A stretch of DNA of 64,000 nt from Nitrospinaceae bacterium (GTDB taxonomy: Bacteria > Nitrospinota > Nitrospinia > Nitrospinales > Nitrospinaceae). This document shows positions 52,488 through 64,000 of this stretch, in pieces. The translations under genes and the position numbers were made by a program. Location of the stretch: assembly GCA_965237905.1 (NCBI GenBank), contig OZ250172.1:512001-576000 (forward strand), written 5' to 3'. Position 1 is the stretch's first letter. Every line of letters starts with the position of its first letter. The notes below the pieces were generated by a model. The model had not been told where the DNA came from, ran no database searches, and worked only from the letters and a program-made list of their open reading frames with translations.

Positions 52488-54059
52488 ATGAGCATTGAAG
52501 TCATTCACATTATTGAGCAATTGTGCCGGGAAAAAGGCATCGACAAGAATTTTCTGATCGATGCTGTAAAAACCGCGGTGGAAGCCGCTGCGCGCAAAAA
52601 GCTTCCGCATGTGGAAAATATCGTAAGCCAGTTCAACGAAGAAAACGGCGAAGCGGAAATCTGGGCGGAACAATCCGTCGTGGATTCCATTGAGGACCCG
52701 GAAAACCAAATCCGACTGGAAGATGCGGTCAAAATTTCTCCCGACGCCCAACTTGGGGAGATCGTTCTGGTCAAACAGGAGTTGAGGGATCTCGGCCGAA
52801 TTGCGGCCCAACTGGCCAAGCAGGTTATTCTGCAAAAAGTCCGGGAAGCGGAAATTGAAATCACCTACAACGAATATCAGGAAAGAAAAGGCGACCTGAT
52901 CAACGGCATCGTTCAGCGCTTTGAACATGGAGACATCATCGTCGAATTGGGAAAGGCCGAAGGCATTCTCCCCCGGCGCGAGCAGGTGTTCCGCGAAGCC
53001 TTCAACCGCGGTGACCGGATCCGGGCGTATGTGGTAGACATCCGCAAAACCTCGAAAAACGCCTTGGTCATTCTTTCCCGAACCCATATCGGACTCATAG
53101 AACGTTTGTTCGAGCTGGAAGTGCCTGAGATCAGCGAAGGCATGGTAGAGATCATGGGTATCGTACGCGAACCCAACGGACGCACCAAAATTGCCGTTCG
53201 CAGCAACGACCGGGATATCGACGCGGTCGGCGCATGTGTCGGCATGCGCGGTATGCGCGTTCAATCGATTGTCCAGGAACTGCGTGGAGAAAAAATCGAT
53301 ATCGTCGAATACTCCGAAGACCCCGAGGTATTCATACGAAATGCACTGAGCCCGGCTAAGGTTTCCCGGATTATCTCCAATAAGGAAGAGAACCACATGA
53401 CCATTATCGTGGCGGACGACCAGATGTCACTCGCCATAGGAAAGAAAGGCCAGAATGTGCGGCTCGCCGCAAAATTGGTGAAATGGAAAATCGACATCAA
53501 AAACGGCTCCGAGGTCGGAGGCATCCTGGAAGCTTCGGGCCTGCTGCCCCTCAAGGAATCTCCCACGGAAGATTTTCTTGAAATCATCAAAAATGCCAAG
53601 GGATTTGGAGAAAAAATCGTCGCCATTCTTTTCACCAATAATGTGGTGAACTTTGAGGAAGTCATTAACCGGGGCGTCGAAGGGTTGACCCAGATTACCG
53701 GTATTGGCCCCAAAAAAGCCGAAGCGATTTTTGAGTTTTCTCAAAAACATATAAGCCAGAGGCCTAAAGTGGTACCGGTCGCTGAAGAAGTGACGGACGA
53801 GGAAGATACTGTGGACACCGCTCTCCAGGCAGAAGAGGAAGAAACCGCAGAAGAAGATCAGGAGTTTCCTGTGAGCGAACTTTCAGAAGTGGACCCCGCC
53901 ATCATCCAAACATTGGAAAGCAATGGATTCCAAACCATTGCGGAATTATCAGTGACCCCGGCAGAGGAATTAGTTGCCCTGGAAGGAATCGACGAAGCAT
54001 TGGCAAACAGTCTGGTGGAGCAAGCCCGGCTGCATATGGAAAAATTTGAAAATGTTTAA
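52488..54059 (+). CDS. nusA: transcription termination/antitermination factor
   Basis: GRIAAQLAKQ, VGACVGMRG, SLAIGKKGQNVRLA; acidic HhH tail. Confidence 0.97.
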   Translation: MSIEVIHIIEQLCREKGIDKNFLIDAVKTAVEAAARKKLPHVENIVSQFNEENGEAEIWAEQSVVDSIEDPENQIRLEDAVKISPDAQLGEIVLVKQELRDLGRIAAQLAKQVILQKVREAEIEITYNEYQERKGDLINGIVQRFEHGDIIVELGKAEGILPRREQVFREAFNRGDRIRAYVVDIRKTSKNALVILSRTHIGLIERLFELEVPEISEGMVEIMGIVREPNGRTKIAVRSNDRDIDAVGACVGMRGMRVQSIVQELRGEKIDIVEYSEDPEVFIRNALSPAKVSRIISNKEENHMTIIVADDQMSLAIGKKGQNVRLAAKLVKWKIDIKNGSEVGGILEASGLLPLKESPTEDFLEIIKNAKGFGEKIVAILFTNNVVNFEEVINRGVEGLTQITGIGPKKAEAIFEFSQKHISQRPKVVPVAEEVTDEEDTVDTALQAEEEETAEEDQEFPVSELSEVDPAIIQTLESNGFQTIAELSVTPAEELVALEGIDEALANSLVEQARLHMEKFENV

Positions 54060-54127
54060 GAAGGAAGATCGCCATGGGTAACTAACCTGTCGCTTACTTT
54101 TCCCTTACAGCATTAGGAGAACTTTCA

Positions 54128-56461
54128 TTGGGAAAAATCAGAATCAATAAATTGGCGTTGGAATTGAACATCCCCAACGACAAGATCATCGACGAGCTCA
54201 AGAAGAAGGACTATCCTGTCAAGAATCACATGAGTTCCATCGATGGCGAAGCGGTGGAGTATGTCCGCGGTCTGTTCACGGACAAATCCGTGGTCAAGGC
54301 GCAGAAAAAAGCGGCCACCAAAAAAGCCGTTGCCAAGAAAGAGTCGACAGTCGCTAAACCCATCACCGCCAAAACAGCCGCCAAGGCCGCCGCTAAAAAG
54401 AAAGCCGATCAGGAAGAGAAAGCCAAAGAAGAAGCCAAAAACCCCAAAGCCGCCGCAAAGCCCAAAGCGGCTCCCGCCAAAGCCCAAAAGGAAGAAATCG
54501 CTTCCGACAAACATAAAGCATCCCGAAAACTGGGATTGAAAGTAGTCGTTAAATCGGAGGAAGCGGAAAAGAAAAAGGAATCCAAAGCTCCCAAGGAAAA
54601 ACCGGCGGCCAAAAAGAAAAAAGAAGAACCTAAATCCTCCCCCGCCAAAAAGGCCAAGGACAAACGACCGGAAGAAGCTCCTCCGGTTGAAGAACCGGTT
54701 CAGGAAGAGACATTCGAAATCGTCCAACTGATGGACAACATGCCCCTGCGCGATGTGGCCGAAAAATTAAAGTGCACGCCCAACGATATCATTATGGATC
54801 TGATGACCCTGGGCTCCATGGCCACCATCAACCAGAGCCTGAGCCTGGAGGTCGCCTCGAAAATTGCTGATCAAAGAGGATTTGAGGTTGAAGTCATTAC
54901 CCCGGAGTTGGAGCTCGGTTTTGAGGAAGAGGAAGAAGAGGATTTAGCGAAGGACCGTATCCCGCGCCCGCCGATCGTTACGATTATGGGGCATGTCGAT
55001 CACGGTAAAACCTCCCTGCTGGACGCTATCCGGAAAACCAATGTCATCGGAGGTGAAGCCGGGGGGATCACCCAGCATATCGGGGCGTATCAGGTCAAAA
55101 TTAAGGATTCGACGATTACTTTTCTTGATACTCCGGGCCATGAAGCGTTTACCGCCATGCGGGCGCGCGGCGCGCAGGTCACAGATCTCGTCATCCTGGT
55201 GGTGGCGGCCGATGACGGCATCAAACCGCAAACTCTGGAAGCCATTCACCACGCCAACGCGGGGGGCGTTCCCCTGCTGGTGGCCATCAACAAAATCGAC
55301 AAATCCGACGCCAAACCCGACGAAGTCCAAAAGCAGTTGGCCGATCAGGGACTTCTCCCGGAAGAATGGGGAGGGCAAACCATTTACACCAGGGTATCCG
55401 CCAAAGAGGGACAGGGCATCGACCATTTGCTCGAAATGATTCTTCTGCAGGCCGAAGTCATGGAATTGAAAGCGAACCCTAAACTCGGGGCTCGCGGGAT
55501 CATCATCGAATCACACTTGGACAAAGGCCGGGGTCCGGTAGCGACCCTGATGATCCAAAAAGGCCAACTCAATGTGGGCGATCCTTTTATTGCCGGGAAT
55601 TATTTCGGGAAGGTGCGCGCCATGGTGAACGATCAGGGCAAGGAAATCCAACATGCTTCTCTAAGCACGCCGGTGGAAGTCATCGGGCTTCCGGAAGTTC
55701 CGGCTCCCGGCGACACCTTTTTAGTGGTTAAAGACGAAAAGCGGGCCCGCCAGCTCAGCAACCTGAAGATCCAACGGAAACGCGAATCAGTCCTGTCTCA
55801 GAAACCCCGCATCACCATGGAAGACCTGCACCAGCAAATCGTCGAAGGAAAAATTCACGAATTGAACCTGATTATCAAGGCTGATGTCCAGGGCTCCATC
55901 CAGGCCGTTCAGGAAGCCTTCAGTAAACTGGAAACAGATCGAGTGCGGGTGAAAATCATTCACGACGCGGTGGGAGGAATCACCGAATCGGATATTCTCC
56001 TGGCCAGCGCTTCCAACGCCATCATCATCGGATTCAACGTGCGGCCCACTTTCAAAGCCGAGGCCATGGCCGCCAAGGAAAAAGTGGACGTGCGGCTGTA
56101 CAGCATTATTTACGAGGCCATCGAGGATGTCCAAAAAGCCCTGGAAGGTCTGCTCGAGCCCGTCTTCCGCGAAAAAATCATGGGACGGGCCGAGGTGCGG
56201 AAGGTGTTTCCCATGCCCAAAATCGGCGTTATTGCCGGGTGCCAGGTCATTTCCGGTACCCTCGAACGCAACAGCCAAGCCCGGCTGGTCAGGGACAATG
56301 TAGTCGTTTACGAGGGCAAAATCCAATCTCTGAGACGTTTCAAAGACGATGTCAAGGAAGTCGCATCGGGTTACGAGTGCGGCCTGGCGCTGGATAAGTA
56401 TCAAGATTTGAAGCAGGGGGATATCGTCGAGCCGTTTGTTCTGGAAGAAGTCGCCCCTTGA
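54128..56461 (+). CDS. infB: translation initiation factor IF-2
   Basis: [23 protein letters not shown] start after AGGAG. Confidence 0.98.
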   Translation: MGKIRINKLALELNIPNDKIIDELKKKDYPVKNHMSSIDGEAVEYVRGLFTDKSVVKAQKKAATKKAVAKKESTVAKPITAKTAAKAAAKKKADQEEKAKEEAKNPKAAAKPKAAPAKAQKEEIASDKHKASRKLGLKVVVKSEEAEKKKESKAPKEKPAAKKKKEEPKSSPAKKAKDKRPEEAPPVEEPVQEETFEIVQLMDNMPLRDVAEKLKCTPNDIIMDLMTLGSMATINQSLSLEVASKIADQRGFEVEVITPELELGFEEEEEEDLAKDRIPRPPIVTIMGHVDHGKTSLLDAIRKTNVIGGEAGGITQHIGAYQVKIKDSTITFLDTPGHEAFTAMRARGAQVTDLVILVVAADDGIKPQTLEAIHHANAGGVPLLVAINKIDKSDAKPDEVQKQLADQGLLPEEWGGQTIYTRVSAKEGQGIDHLLEMILLQAEVMELKANPKLGARGIIIESHLDKGRGPVATLMIQKGQLNVGDPFIAGNYFGKVRAMVNDQGKEIQHASLSTPVEVIGLPEVPAPGDTFLVVKDEKRARQLSNLKIQRKRESVLSQKPRITMEDLHQQIVEGKIHELNLIIKADVQGSIQAVQEAFSKLETDRVRVKIIHDAVGGITESDILLASASNAIIIGFNVRPTFKAEAMAAKEKVDVRLYSIIYEAIEDVQKALEGLLEPVFREKIMGRAEVRKVFPMPKIGVIAGCQVISGTLERNSQARLVRDNVVVYEGKIQSLRRFKDDVKEVASGYECGLALDKYQDLKQGDIVEPFVLEEVAP

Positions 56462-56487
56462 TCGCCGATTTGGAAACCAGAGGAACC

Positions 56488-56796
56488 GCCATGAATCTTG
56501 GGTACTGTTCATTGAGGTTTTTTTTGCACGGAAACAATTCTTTGAAGGGTAAGCGGAAGGTGATCCGAGCCATCAAGGACCGGTTGAAGAATAAATTCAA
56601 CGTATCCGTAGCAGAAGTCGGCGATCAGGACGTCTGGCAAAGCATTCACCTGGGAATCGCCGCGGTCAATTCGGACGCTCAATATCTGGATGGGCTGTTC
56701 AAGCAGGTGGTGAACTTCGTCGACAACATGCACTTGGCGGAAATGACTGACTGCCAAACGGAAATCATTAATGTCAATAACAGCTACGCGGATTAA
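56488..56796 (+). CDS. DUF503 (YlxP-like) protein
   Basis: SLKGKRKV, FNVSVAEV..QD.WQ. Confidence 0.9.
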   Translation, partial: AMNLGYCSLRFFLHGNNSLKGKRKVIRAIKDRLKNKFNVSVAEVGDQDVWQSIHLGIAAVNSDAQYLDGLFKQVVNFVDNMHLAEMTDCQTEIINVNNSYAD

Positions 56797-56816
56797 GGGA
56801 CAATAGAAAAAGTATT

Positions 56817-57164
56817 ATGTTTCGATTTAAACGGTCACAGCGAGTACAGGAACTGCTCCTTGAGGAAATCTCCAAACTGATTCAGCATGGTTTGAAGGAT
56901 CCCCGTATCGGCTTCGTAACTGTCACCCGTATCGAGTTGAGCGACAACCTCAAGAATGCCAGGGTGTATGTCAGCATTATGGGCAGTGAAGAGGAAAAGG
57001 AGCAATCGATCGAAGGGCTGAACAGCGCCAAGGGATACCTCCGGAGTTGTCTCGGTAAGAACCTGTATCTGAAGCATATCCCCGAGTTGCACTTCAAGCT
57101 GGACGAAGCCGCCGACCATGTCGAAAAAATTACCAAAATCATCGGTGAATGGAACCATGAATAA
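56817..57164 (+). CDS. rbfA: ribosome-binding factor A
   Basis: LKDPRIGFVTVT, IPELHF. Confidence 0.95.
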   Translation: MFRFKRSQRVQELLLEEISKLIQHGLKDPRIGFVTVTRIELSDNLKNARVYVSIMGSEEEKEQSIEGLNSAKGYLRSCLGKNLYLKHIPELHFKLDEAADHVEKITKIIGEWNHE

Positions 57165-58086
57165 TATCTTGAATCTGTACAAACCCGTGGGGCCCTCCTC
57201 CTTTTTTATGGTGCAATCCGTCAAAAGAACGCTCAGGGTCAAAAAAGCGGGCCACATCGGCACTTTGGACCCCAAAGCCGAGGGAGTGCTCCCGATCTGC
57301 CTCGACCAGTCCACGCGTCTGATTCAGTTTCTGGTCGGTCTTCCCAAGGTCTATTTGGCCACCATGACCCTTGGAATTGCGACAGATACACAGGATGCGA
57401 CCGGTCAGGTGCTGTCCACCGGAGACGCCAGCCACATCACTGAGCAGGAGGTCCGGGAAACTCTGGCCGGTTTTCAGGGAGAGCAACAACAGATTCCCCC
57501 CATGTACTCCGCCAAGAAGAAAAATGGGGTTCCCTTGTACAAATTAGCGAGAAACGGCATAACCGCCGAAAGAAAGCCGGTGACCCTACAAATTTATTCC
57601 ATAGATTTCCTTAAAAAAAAGGACGATCAGGTCACTTTCAGGGTAAAATGCTCCGCAGGAACCTATATCCGCACCCTATGCCATGATGTCGGTGAGACCC
57701 TCGGTTGTGGGGCGCATATGTCCCAACTGGTCCGGGAACAAGTCGGCCAGTTCGATGTACAGTCTTCACTGACCATAGAGGAGTTGAGCCAGGCCCAGGA
57801 TGACGGGACCCTGGCCCAAAAGTTGTTGGAGACGGAGACGGTTCTGGATTTTCTTCCGGAGATCAAAGTCATCCCGGATTATGTCGCATCCATCGCCCAC
57901 GGCAAGCCATTAACTAAAATTGCGGTGATGGAAACGCCCAAACACTTCCGGCCTGGAATGAACCTCCGGGTAACGGGAGAAGACGGACGTATTGCCGCGA
58001 TCGTCGAACCGATGGTCGATGAAGAGGGGTTTCAAAAACTGGACCCCAGAGACACTGCATTTAAATTGAAACGAGTACTGGTTTAA
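57157..58086 (+). CDS. truB: tRNA pseudouridine(55) synthase
   Basis: [21 protein letters not shown]. Confidence 0.96.
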   Translation: MNNILNLYKPVGPSSFFMVQSVKRTLRVKKAGHIGTLDPKAEGVLPICLDQSTRLIQFLVGLPKVYLATMTLGIATDTQDATGQVLSTGDASHITEQEVRETLAGFQGEQQQIPPMYSAKKKNGVPLYKLARNGITAERKPVTLQIYSIDFLKKKDDQVTFRVKCSAGTYIRTLCHDVGETLGCGAHMSQLVREQVGQFDVQSSLTIEELSQAQDDGTLAQKLLETETVLDFLPEIKVIPDYVASIAHGKPLTKIAVMETPKHFRPGMNLRVTGEDGRIAAIVEPMVDEEGFQKLDPRDTAFKLKRVLV

Positions 58087-58229
58087 AAGAAACCCTATTT
58101 ATTTTTAATGAACAACGGGAGTTGTTGCGGTTGGAATGTTTTCGCAGGGAAGATTCCCTACGGAGAATTTTTTCTACGAAAACATTCAACAACCCCTCCC
58201 ATCACAGACCGAAAGAGGAGGCTTTTTAC

Positions 58230-58499
58230 ATGTCATTTACCAAGGAATTTAAAACCAATATTATCACCAAGTACCAAGTGAATGAGAAAGATACCGGATC
58301 CTCAGAGGTCCAGATCGCGCTATTGACCGAACGATTGAATTATTTGAATGATCATTTCAAAACCCACGGCAAGGATCACCATTCCCGCCACGGCTTAATT
58401 CGTATGGTTAACAGAAGGCGGAAACTTCTGGACTATCTCAAAAGAGAGGATGCCCAGCGGTATCAGACTATCATCAAAGAATTGGGCATCCGCAGATAA
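58230..58499 (+). CDS. rpsO: 30S ribosomal protein S15
   Basis: [32 protein letters not shown]. Confidence 0.97.
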   Translation: MSFTKEFKTNIITKYQVNEKDTGSSEVQIALLTERLNYLNDHFKTHGKDHHSRHGLIRMVNRRRKLLDYLKREDAQRYQTIIKELGIRR

Positions 58500-58543
58500 A
58501 TTAGAATCCTACCTATAGGATCAAGAAAATTGGAGAGTATTGA

Positions 58544-60649
58544 ATGCAAGAACATAAAGTAGAAATAGATCTTGATGGAAAAACCCTTTCGCTCGAATCG
58601 GGCTGGTTGGCCAAACAAGCCAACGGATGTGTTGTCGTCAGATATGGAGATACCATGGTGCTGGTTTCAGCCACCATGGCGAAAAGTGCACGGGAAGGAA
58701 TCGACTTTTTCCCCCTCACTGTAGATTATCGAGAAAAAACTTACGCGGCGGGACGTATTCCCGGCGGCTATCTCAAACGGGAAGCCCGGCCCGGTGATCT
58801 GGAAACACTGACCTGCCGGTTGATCGACCGGCCCATCCGGCCCATGTTCCCCAACGAGTTCCGCAATGAAACCCAAATCGTCTGTTTCGTCGTTTCCCAC
58901 GATCAGGAAAACTCCCCCGATGTGAACGCCATCTCCGGCGCCTCCGCCGCACTCCTGGTATCCGATATTCCTTTCGAAAATCCGGTTGCCGGCGTACGCG
59001 TGGGGAGAAAAGACGGCGCTTTTATCATCAACCCGACGTATGAAGAGACCCAGGCCAGCGACCTCACTCTGGTGATGGCCGGTACTGCCGATGCTATCGT
59101 CATGGTTGAAGCCGGGGCCAACGAGCTCAGCGAAGAAGTCATGATGAATGCGTTGGAGTACGGACACGGTTTCATCAAAAAAATCGTGGAAGGTCAAATC
59201 AAACTCCGGGAAATGATGGGTAAAGAAAAAACCGTCATCACAGCGGAAGAAACCGACCAGGATCTGACCCAGAAGGTCACCGAAGCAACCCGACCGGGCC
59301 TGGCCGATGCCATGCGCATCGCCGGCAAACAGGAGCGGAGCGACGCAACTGCTAAGGTCAAAGAGGCCATGACGGCCCAATTCAATCCCGATGCCGATGA
59401 AGACATCAAAAAGACGTTGGGCGGGATTTTTCATGACGTTGAAAAGGAAGCCATGCGCAGTATGATCCTGGATGAGAAAAAACGGATCGATGGGCGAAAC
59501 CTCAATGAAGTCCGCAAAATCACCAGCCAGGTCGGCTATCTGCCACGCGTCCACGGGTCCGCCATATTCACCCGCGGTGAAACCCAGGCACTGGTCACCA
59601 CCACGCTGGGAACCAGCTCGGACGAACAGCGGTTGGATAGTCTGGAGTTCAAAGGCACAAAATCCTTTCTGCTTCATTACAATTTTCCGGCCTTTTGTAC
59701 CGGAGAAGTGAAATTCCTGTCGGGACCCGGACGAAGGGAAATCGGCCACGGTATGCTGGCGGAACGCGCCCTCACCCCGATGCTCCCCGATAAGGAAACG
59801 TTTCCCTATACCATCCGTATCGTTTCCGACATTTTGGAATCGAACGGCTCCTCCTCCATGGCTTCCGTATGTGGCGGTTCGCTGTCGCTGATGGACGCCG
59901 GCGTTCCCATCAAAGCCCCGGTTGCGGGGATTGCCATGGGATTGATCAAGGAGGATGACCGGGTCGCCATTTTGTCCGATATCCTGGGTACGGAAGATCA
60001 TCTGGGAGACATGGACTTCAAAGTAGCCGGCACCCGCAACGGCATCACCGCCCTGCAAATGGATATTAAAATCAAGGGGCTGACCCACGAGGTGATGGAA
60101 ACTGCGCTGACACAGGCCAAGGAGGGCAGAATGCATATCCTGGATGAAATGGCCAAGGCGCTGGATACTTCGCGTACCGAGATGTCCAAATACGCACCCC
60201 GCATCACCACCATCAAGGTACCGGTCGACAAGATTCGCGACGTCATCGGACCAGGCGGCAAAGTGATTCGGGATATCATCGACCGCACCGGAGTCAACAT
60301 CGACATCAACGACGACGGGACGGTCAACATCGCTTCGCACGACGAGGCAGCGTCCACCAAAGCCATTGGGATCATTCAGGATCTGGTACAGGACGTCGAA
60401 GTCGGGAAAATTTATATGGGCAAGGTCAAGAAGATCATGGATTTCGGGGCCTTTGTCGAAATTTTACCGGGCACCGACGGCCTTGTGCACATCTCGCAAA
60501 TCTGTGATCGCCGCATTCAGAAAGTGAGCGACGAGATTCAGGAAGGCGACGAGATCGTGGTCAAAGTGATCGACGTGGACCGCAATGGCAAAGTCAAGCT
60601 GAGCCGCAAAGAGGCAATGCGCGACGAGGCCGCTGCCGCCACGCATTAA
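58544..60649 (+). CDS. pnp: polyribonucleotide nucleotidyltransferase
   Basis: [37 protein letters not shown] and S1. Confidence 0.98.
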   Translation: MQEHKVEIDLDGKTLSLESGWLAKQANGCVVVRYGDTMVLVSATMAKSAREGIDFFPLTVDYREKTYAAGRIPGGYLKREARPGDLETLTCRLIDRPIRPMFPNEFRNETQIVCFVVSHDQENSPDVNAISGASAALLVSDIPFENPVAGVRVGRKDGAFIINPTYEETQASDLTLVMAGTADAIVMVEAGANELSEEVMMNALEYGHGFIKKIVEGQIKLREMMGKEKTVITAEETDQDLTQKVTEATRPGLADAMRIAGKQERSDATAKVKEAMTAQFNPDADEDIKKTLGGIFHDVEKEAMRSMILDEKKRIDGRNLNEVRKITSQVGYLPRVHGSAIFTRGETQALVTTTLGTSSDEQRLDSLEFKGTKSFLLHYNFPAFCTGEVKFLSGPGRREIGHGMLAERALTPMLPDKETFPYTIRIVSDILESNGSSSMASVCGGSLSLMDAGVPIKAPVAGIAMGLIKEDDRVAILSDILGTEDHLGDMDFKVAGTRNGITALQMDIKIKGLTHEVMETALTQAKEGRMHILDEMAKALDTSRTEMSKYAPRITTIKVPVDKIRDVIGPGGKVIRDIIDRTGVNIDINDDGTVNIASHDEAASTKAIGIIQDLVQDVEVGKIYMGKVKKIMDFGAFVEILPGTDGLVHISQICDRRIQKVSDEIQEGDEIVVKVIDVDRNGKVKLSRKEAMRDEAAAATH

Positions 60650-60669
60650 GTCTCAAGATTCAAAATCTC

Positions 60670-60711
60670 AGCGGATGTGCCGGAGCTTTCCGGCCATCCG
60701 CTTTTTTTTTT
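60670..60711 (+). terminator. intrinsic terminator after pnp
   Basis: agcggatg..gccgga / tccggc-catccgct stem plus T10. Confidence 0.85.
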
Positions 60712-60714
60712 GCG

Positions 60715-61469
60715 CTAGAAATCGAGGTCCCACTCTTTAAGGTTTTCCAGAGCCTGGAAATGGGTGAGGTCGAAATGGATGGGGGTCACCGAAATATACT
60801 CCTCCGCCACCATTTCGCAGTCGGTGCCTTTTTCCACTTCATCGAACTTCATCTCCCCGGCCAGCCAGTAATAAGTCTCATTACGCGGATTCACCCGTTT
60901 ATCGAAGGTTTCAATGACGCGCGATTTCCCCTGACGAGTCACCACCGCACCTTTGATTTGATCTCTGGGGATGGCCGGTACGTTGACATTGAGCGACACC
61001 CCTTCGGGCAATCCATTTGCAATGACCAGGGGATATAACTTTTTGACAAACTCGACGGCAGGAGAAAAATCCTGAAACTCGAACGAATTGAGGGACACGG
61101 CAATGGCGGGCAACCCCATAATGGCCGCTTCCGTCGCCGCCGACACTGTGCCTGAATAAATGGCGCAGGTGCCTAAATTACCCCCTTGGTTGACCCGGAG
61201 ATCACCAGTTCGGGAGATTGGTCAAGCAGTTCGGTGACAGCGATTTTAACGCAATCGGCGGGTGTGCCGTTGACGGCATAGCCACGCAACTCGCCGCCCT
61301 CCTCGACTTTTCGGACCTTCAAAGGACTGGACAGTGTGATGGCATGCCCCACAGCGCTCTGCTCGGTTTCGGGAGCCACCACCAGGACATCAGCCACCTC
61401 GGCCAACCCCGCCCGTAGAGCCTGGATGCCCTTGGCGTAAAAACCGTCGTCATTGGTAATAAGAATCAT
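60715..61469 (-). pseudogene. surE: 5'/3'-nucleotidase SurE, frameshifted
   Basis: ILITNDDG, GTPADCV; one base missing near 61193-61196; restored frame reads SG.NQGGNLGTCAIYSGTVSAA. Confidence 0.88.
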
Positions 61470-61565
61470 AAGAAAAGTGGCGAACCGCCACAGGTAATTT
61501 TAAAACCTGGATTCTTCGCGGAGTTTATCCTTGAGCAAAGCGAAGGGGGCTAGGGGGATTCCTTT

Positions 61566-61624
61566 TTGTAGTTGCTCGGTTCACCGAGCGCATTTAAACC
61601 GCCCCATGAATGGGGCAACTACAA
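61566..61624. repeat. GTAG-type REP doublet (REPIN-like)
   Basis: ttgtagttgctcggttcaccgagcg...cgccccatgaatggggcaactacaa: two hairpins in inverted orientation. Confidence 0.65.
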
Positions 61625-61783
61625 TTCTTATTTCCCCCTCACCTTAAACCGTCACCCCATGGGTGCTCCCCCAAGAGGAGAGGGAAAAATTAGCGCCGGG
61701 CCTTGCCCGGCCCCACCTGTATCCTCCCCTTAGTAAGGGGAGGAGTATATTAGGTCCAGCGGTACGCTGGCCGGGCAGGAGGG

Positions 61784-62371
61784 TTAATTGTGACTTTTGA
61801 AATATGCCTGGGATTCTTTCGGCCCCGGCTTCATGGCATCTTCGCCTTTCTTCCAGTTGGCCGGGCAGACTTCTCCATTTTGTTCATGGTGCTGAAGCGC
61901 GTCTACCATGCGGACCGCTTCATCAATATTGCGTCCCAGCGGCAGATTGTTGACCAATGAGTGTTGGACGATACCGTCCTTATCGATCAGGAACAGACCC
62001 CGGAAAGCGATCCCGCCGTCCGCCAGCACACCGTAATCGGTGGAGATCGTTTTACCCAGATCAGCCACCAGAGCATAATCGATCTGGCCCAACCCGCCCA
62101 CTTTACGATCCGTGTTCCGCCAGGCCAGGTGGGAAAAATGACTGTCGACAGAAACACCGAGCACTTCCGTGTTGCGTTTTTTAAAATCATCAATTTGTGT
62201 GCTGAACGCGATAATCTCCGTTGGGCAGACAAATGTAAAATCCAATGGATAAAAGAACAGAATGACGTATTTTCCCTTGTAGTCGGACAACTGGATTTCC
62301 TTGAAACTCCCGTCCGGCATGACAGCCTGCGCCTTGAAATTGGGGGCAGGTTTCGCAACTAATGTCGCCAT
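61784..62371 (-). CDS. ahpC: 2-Cys peroxiredoxin (AhpC/Prx1)
   Basis: [21 protein letters not shown]. Confidence 0.93.
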   Translation of the reverse strand: MATLVAKPAPNFKAQAVMPDGSFKEIQLSDYKGKYVILFFYPLDFTFVCPTEIIAFSTQIDDFKKRNTEVLGVSVDSHFSHLAWRNTDRKVGGLGQIDYALVADLGKTISTDYGVLADGGIAFRGLFLIDKDGIVQHSLVNNLPLGRNIDEAVRMVDALQHHEQNGEVCPANWKKGEDAMKPGPKESQAYFKSHN

Positions 62372-62654
62372 ATTTTAAACTCCTCTAAGGTATGATCAAT
62401 GTTTCAAATGAAAATGAAGGGGTCTAATTTAGCACAAACCCTCTAGTACGTTCAAACCCTTGTTTCAGTAAAAAACCTTGGCCTCGGCGACACTGATAAT
62501 GGCACCCTTAGGTCCTTAAGGCCGAACTGGAGAATATCGATGAGTTTCTTGACAGCTCATCGGGAGGCACATAGAATGTTAATAAAGGTATTTTGATTGA
62601 CGGAACCCGACATCGCCCCTTTAGATGTCCTATCCCAGCCAGGGTTGCAAAAAA

Positions 62655-63554
62655 ATGGAATCTCGTGCCATCCAAAAAAGACTCAAAATCGCGCTCATAT
62701 TGGTATTTCTCGTTATGTGCGTGGAAGTCGCTGGCGGAATCATGGCTCACAGCCTGGCCCTGTTGAGCGACGCCGCACACATGCTGACGGATGTCTTCGC
62801 TCTCAGCCTGAGCCTGATGGCCCTCACCATTGCCGCCCAACCTTCGACCCGCACCAAAACCTTCGGATATCATCGGGTAGAGATTCTCGCCGCGCTGGCT
62901 AATGGTATTCTGTTGCTCCTGATGGCCCTGGGAATCCTATGGGAGGCCTACCGCCGTTTTACCAGCCCGCAGGAGGTACACAGCCTGATTGTAATCTCCG
63001 TGGCCACGGTCGGTTTGGCGACCAATCTGTGTGTCCTTTATTTCCTGAAGGACCCGGTTCATAACGCCCATAACCATGACCTGAACCTGAAGGGGGCTTT
63101 TTATCATGTAATCGGTGATTCCCTGGCGTCCGTCGCGGTGATTCTTGGCGGGGTAGCCATGTGGATAACCCAATGGTATGCACTGGACTCGATCATCGCG
63201 GCGGTGGTGGCGCTGGTGTTGATCTGGGGAGCACAGTCCATCATCCGCGATGCTTTTCACATTTTGCTGGAAGGTGTTCCCAAGGGAATTTCCATCCAGG
63301 AAGTGCAAAAGGAATTGACCTCCATTCCCGCGATCAAGGACATTCATGAATTGCATGTCTGGTCGATCTGTTCCAACATTTACGCCTTGAGCACTCATGC
63401 CCTGGTGAATGATCAGAAAGTCAACCAGGTGGAAATCATCCTGAAGGATATTGAATCCCTGCTGAAGGATAAATTTAACATTACGCATTCCACGATTCAG
63501 TTTGAATCCAACCCCTGTTCAGCAGCGGGCGTGGCGTGCGATATCAAGCATTAA
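62655..63554 (+). CDS. cation diffusion facilitator (CzcD/ZitB-like)
   Basis: SLALLSDAAHMLTD, TFGYHRVE, HVIGD, HELHVW. Confidence 0.93.
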   Translation: MESRAIQKRLKIALILVFLVMCVEVAGGIMAHSLALLSDAAHMLTDVFALSLSLMALTIAAQPSTRTKTFGYHRVEILAALANGILLLLMALGILWEAYRRFTSPQEVHSLIVISVATVGLATNLCVLYFLKDPVHNAHNHDLNLKGAFYHVIGDSLASVAVILGGVAMWITQWYALDSIIAAVVALVLIWGAQSIIRDAFHILLEGVPKGISIQEVQKELTSIPAIKDIHELHVWSICSNIYALSTHALVNDQKVNQVEIILKDIESLLKDKFNITHSTIQFESNPCSAAGVACDIKH

Positions 63555-63562
63555 TAGAAACC

Positions 63563-64000
63563 ATGCGAATTCTGTTTTTGGGAACCGGCACCTCAACCGG
63601 TATCCCCAGCCTATGCTGTCCCTGCGATGTCTGCATATCGGACGATCCGCACAACAAGCGCCTCCGAGCCTCCGTTCTGATTCAGAACAACGGATTCAAT
63701 GTTCTGATCGACACCTCCACGGACCTCAGGCAACAATGCCTCCGGCACAACATTACGCAGATCGACGGAGTGCTGTACACCCACCATCACGCCGATCATG
63801 TACACGGCATCGACGAATTGCGGTGCTTCAACTTTTTCAACAAAACCGTCATCCCCTGTTACGGCAACCCAATGACCCTGTCCGCCATTCAGAAGAATTT
63901 TAGTTATATCTTCAACGGGGAAAAGCCGATGGGTGGCGGCGTGCCGAAACTCGACATGATCACCCTGGACAACGAACCCTTTTCCCTCGGCGGCGTGCAG
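63563..64000 (+). CDS. MBL-fold hydrolase, PhnP/YcfH-neighbour type (runs off window end)
   Basis: hand-translated MRILFLGTGTSTGIPSLCCPCDVC...THHHADHVHG; open to window edge. Confidence 0.88.
   Translation, partial: MRILFLGTGTSTGIPSLCCPCDVCISDDPHNKRLRASVLIQNNGFNVLIDTSTDLRQQCLRHNITQIDGVLYTHHHADHVHGIDELRCFNFFNKTVIPCYGNPMTLSAIQKNFSYIFNGEKPMGGGVPKLDMITLDNEPFSLGGVQ

Noticed and set aside
54290..54700. K/A/E-rich repeats in infB
   Set aside because: Ordinary low-complexity IF-2 N-terminal region
58667..60340. 557-aa antisense ORF (also 262-1158, 12869-13693, 28718-29713, 43749-44582, 50696-51694, 52479-53396)
   Set aside because: Shadow ORFs opposite well-supported genes; no recognisable motifs
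63563..64000. C-P lyase (phn) operon linked to pepM
   Set aside because: PhnP-like MBL hydrolases are widespread alone; no phnG-M seen and gene is truncated by the window

Overview
Bacterial chromosomal window, mostly housekeeping. The 'bd-like' oxidase subunit and type-E succinate dehydrogenase point tentatively to a nitrite oxidiser of the Nitrospinota/Nitrospirota type (inference only). Core genes: hisD, gcvPB, sdhABE, a DEAD-box helicase, ligA, two HtrA proteases, rlpA-greA-trmB, purN-lolA-rseP and proS-rimP-nusA-infB-rbfA-truB-rpsO-pnp. Main points of interest: (1) a single ORF fusing an intact NtrX-like receiver and a degenerate sigma54-type AAA+ domain to a complete LpxC; (2) an ECF/zinc anti-sigma pair divergent from four apparently exported proteins (truncated globin, cytochrome P460, unknown protein, alpha-carbonic anhydrase), lying between ligA and a degenerate second copy of the ligA 3' end; (3) a 2.8-kb transposase-free element at the pepM stop codon, bounded by ~50-bp imperfect inverted repeats and carrying a PrsW fusion and a Met-rich repeat protein between IS3-like ends; (4) PAP2-heptosyltransferase and PepM-nucleotidyltransferase fusions and an orphan oleC. 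Two genes (an MBL hydrolase and surE) carry single-base frameshifts. No rRNA, tRNA or CRISPR array was recognised. All alignments and identity counts were done by eye.
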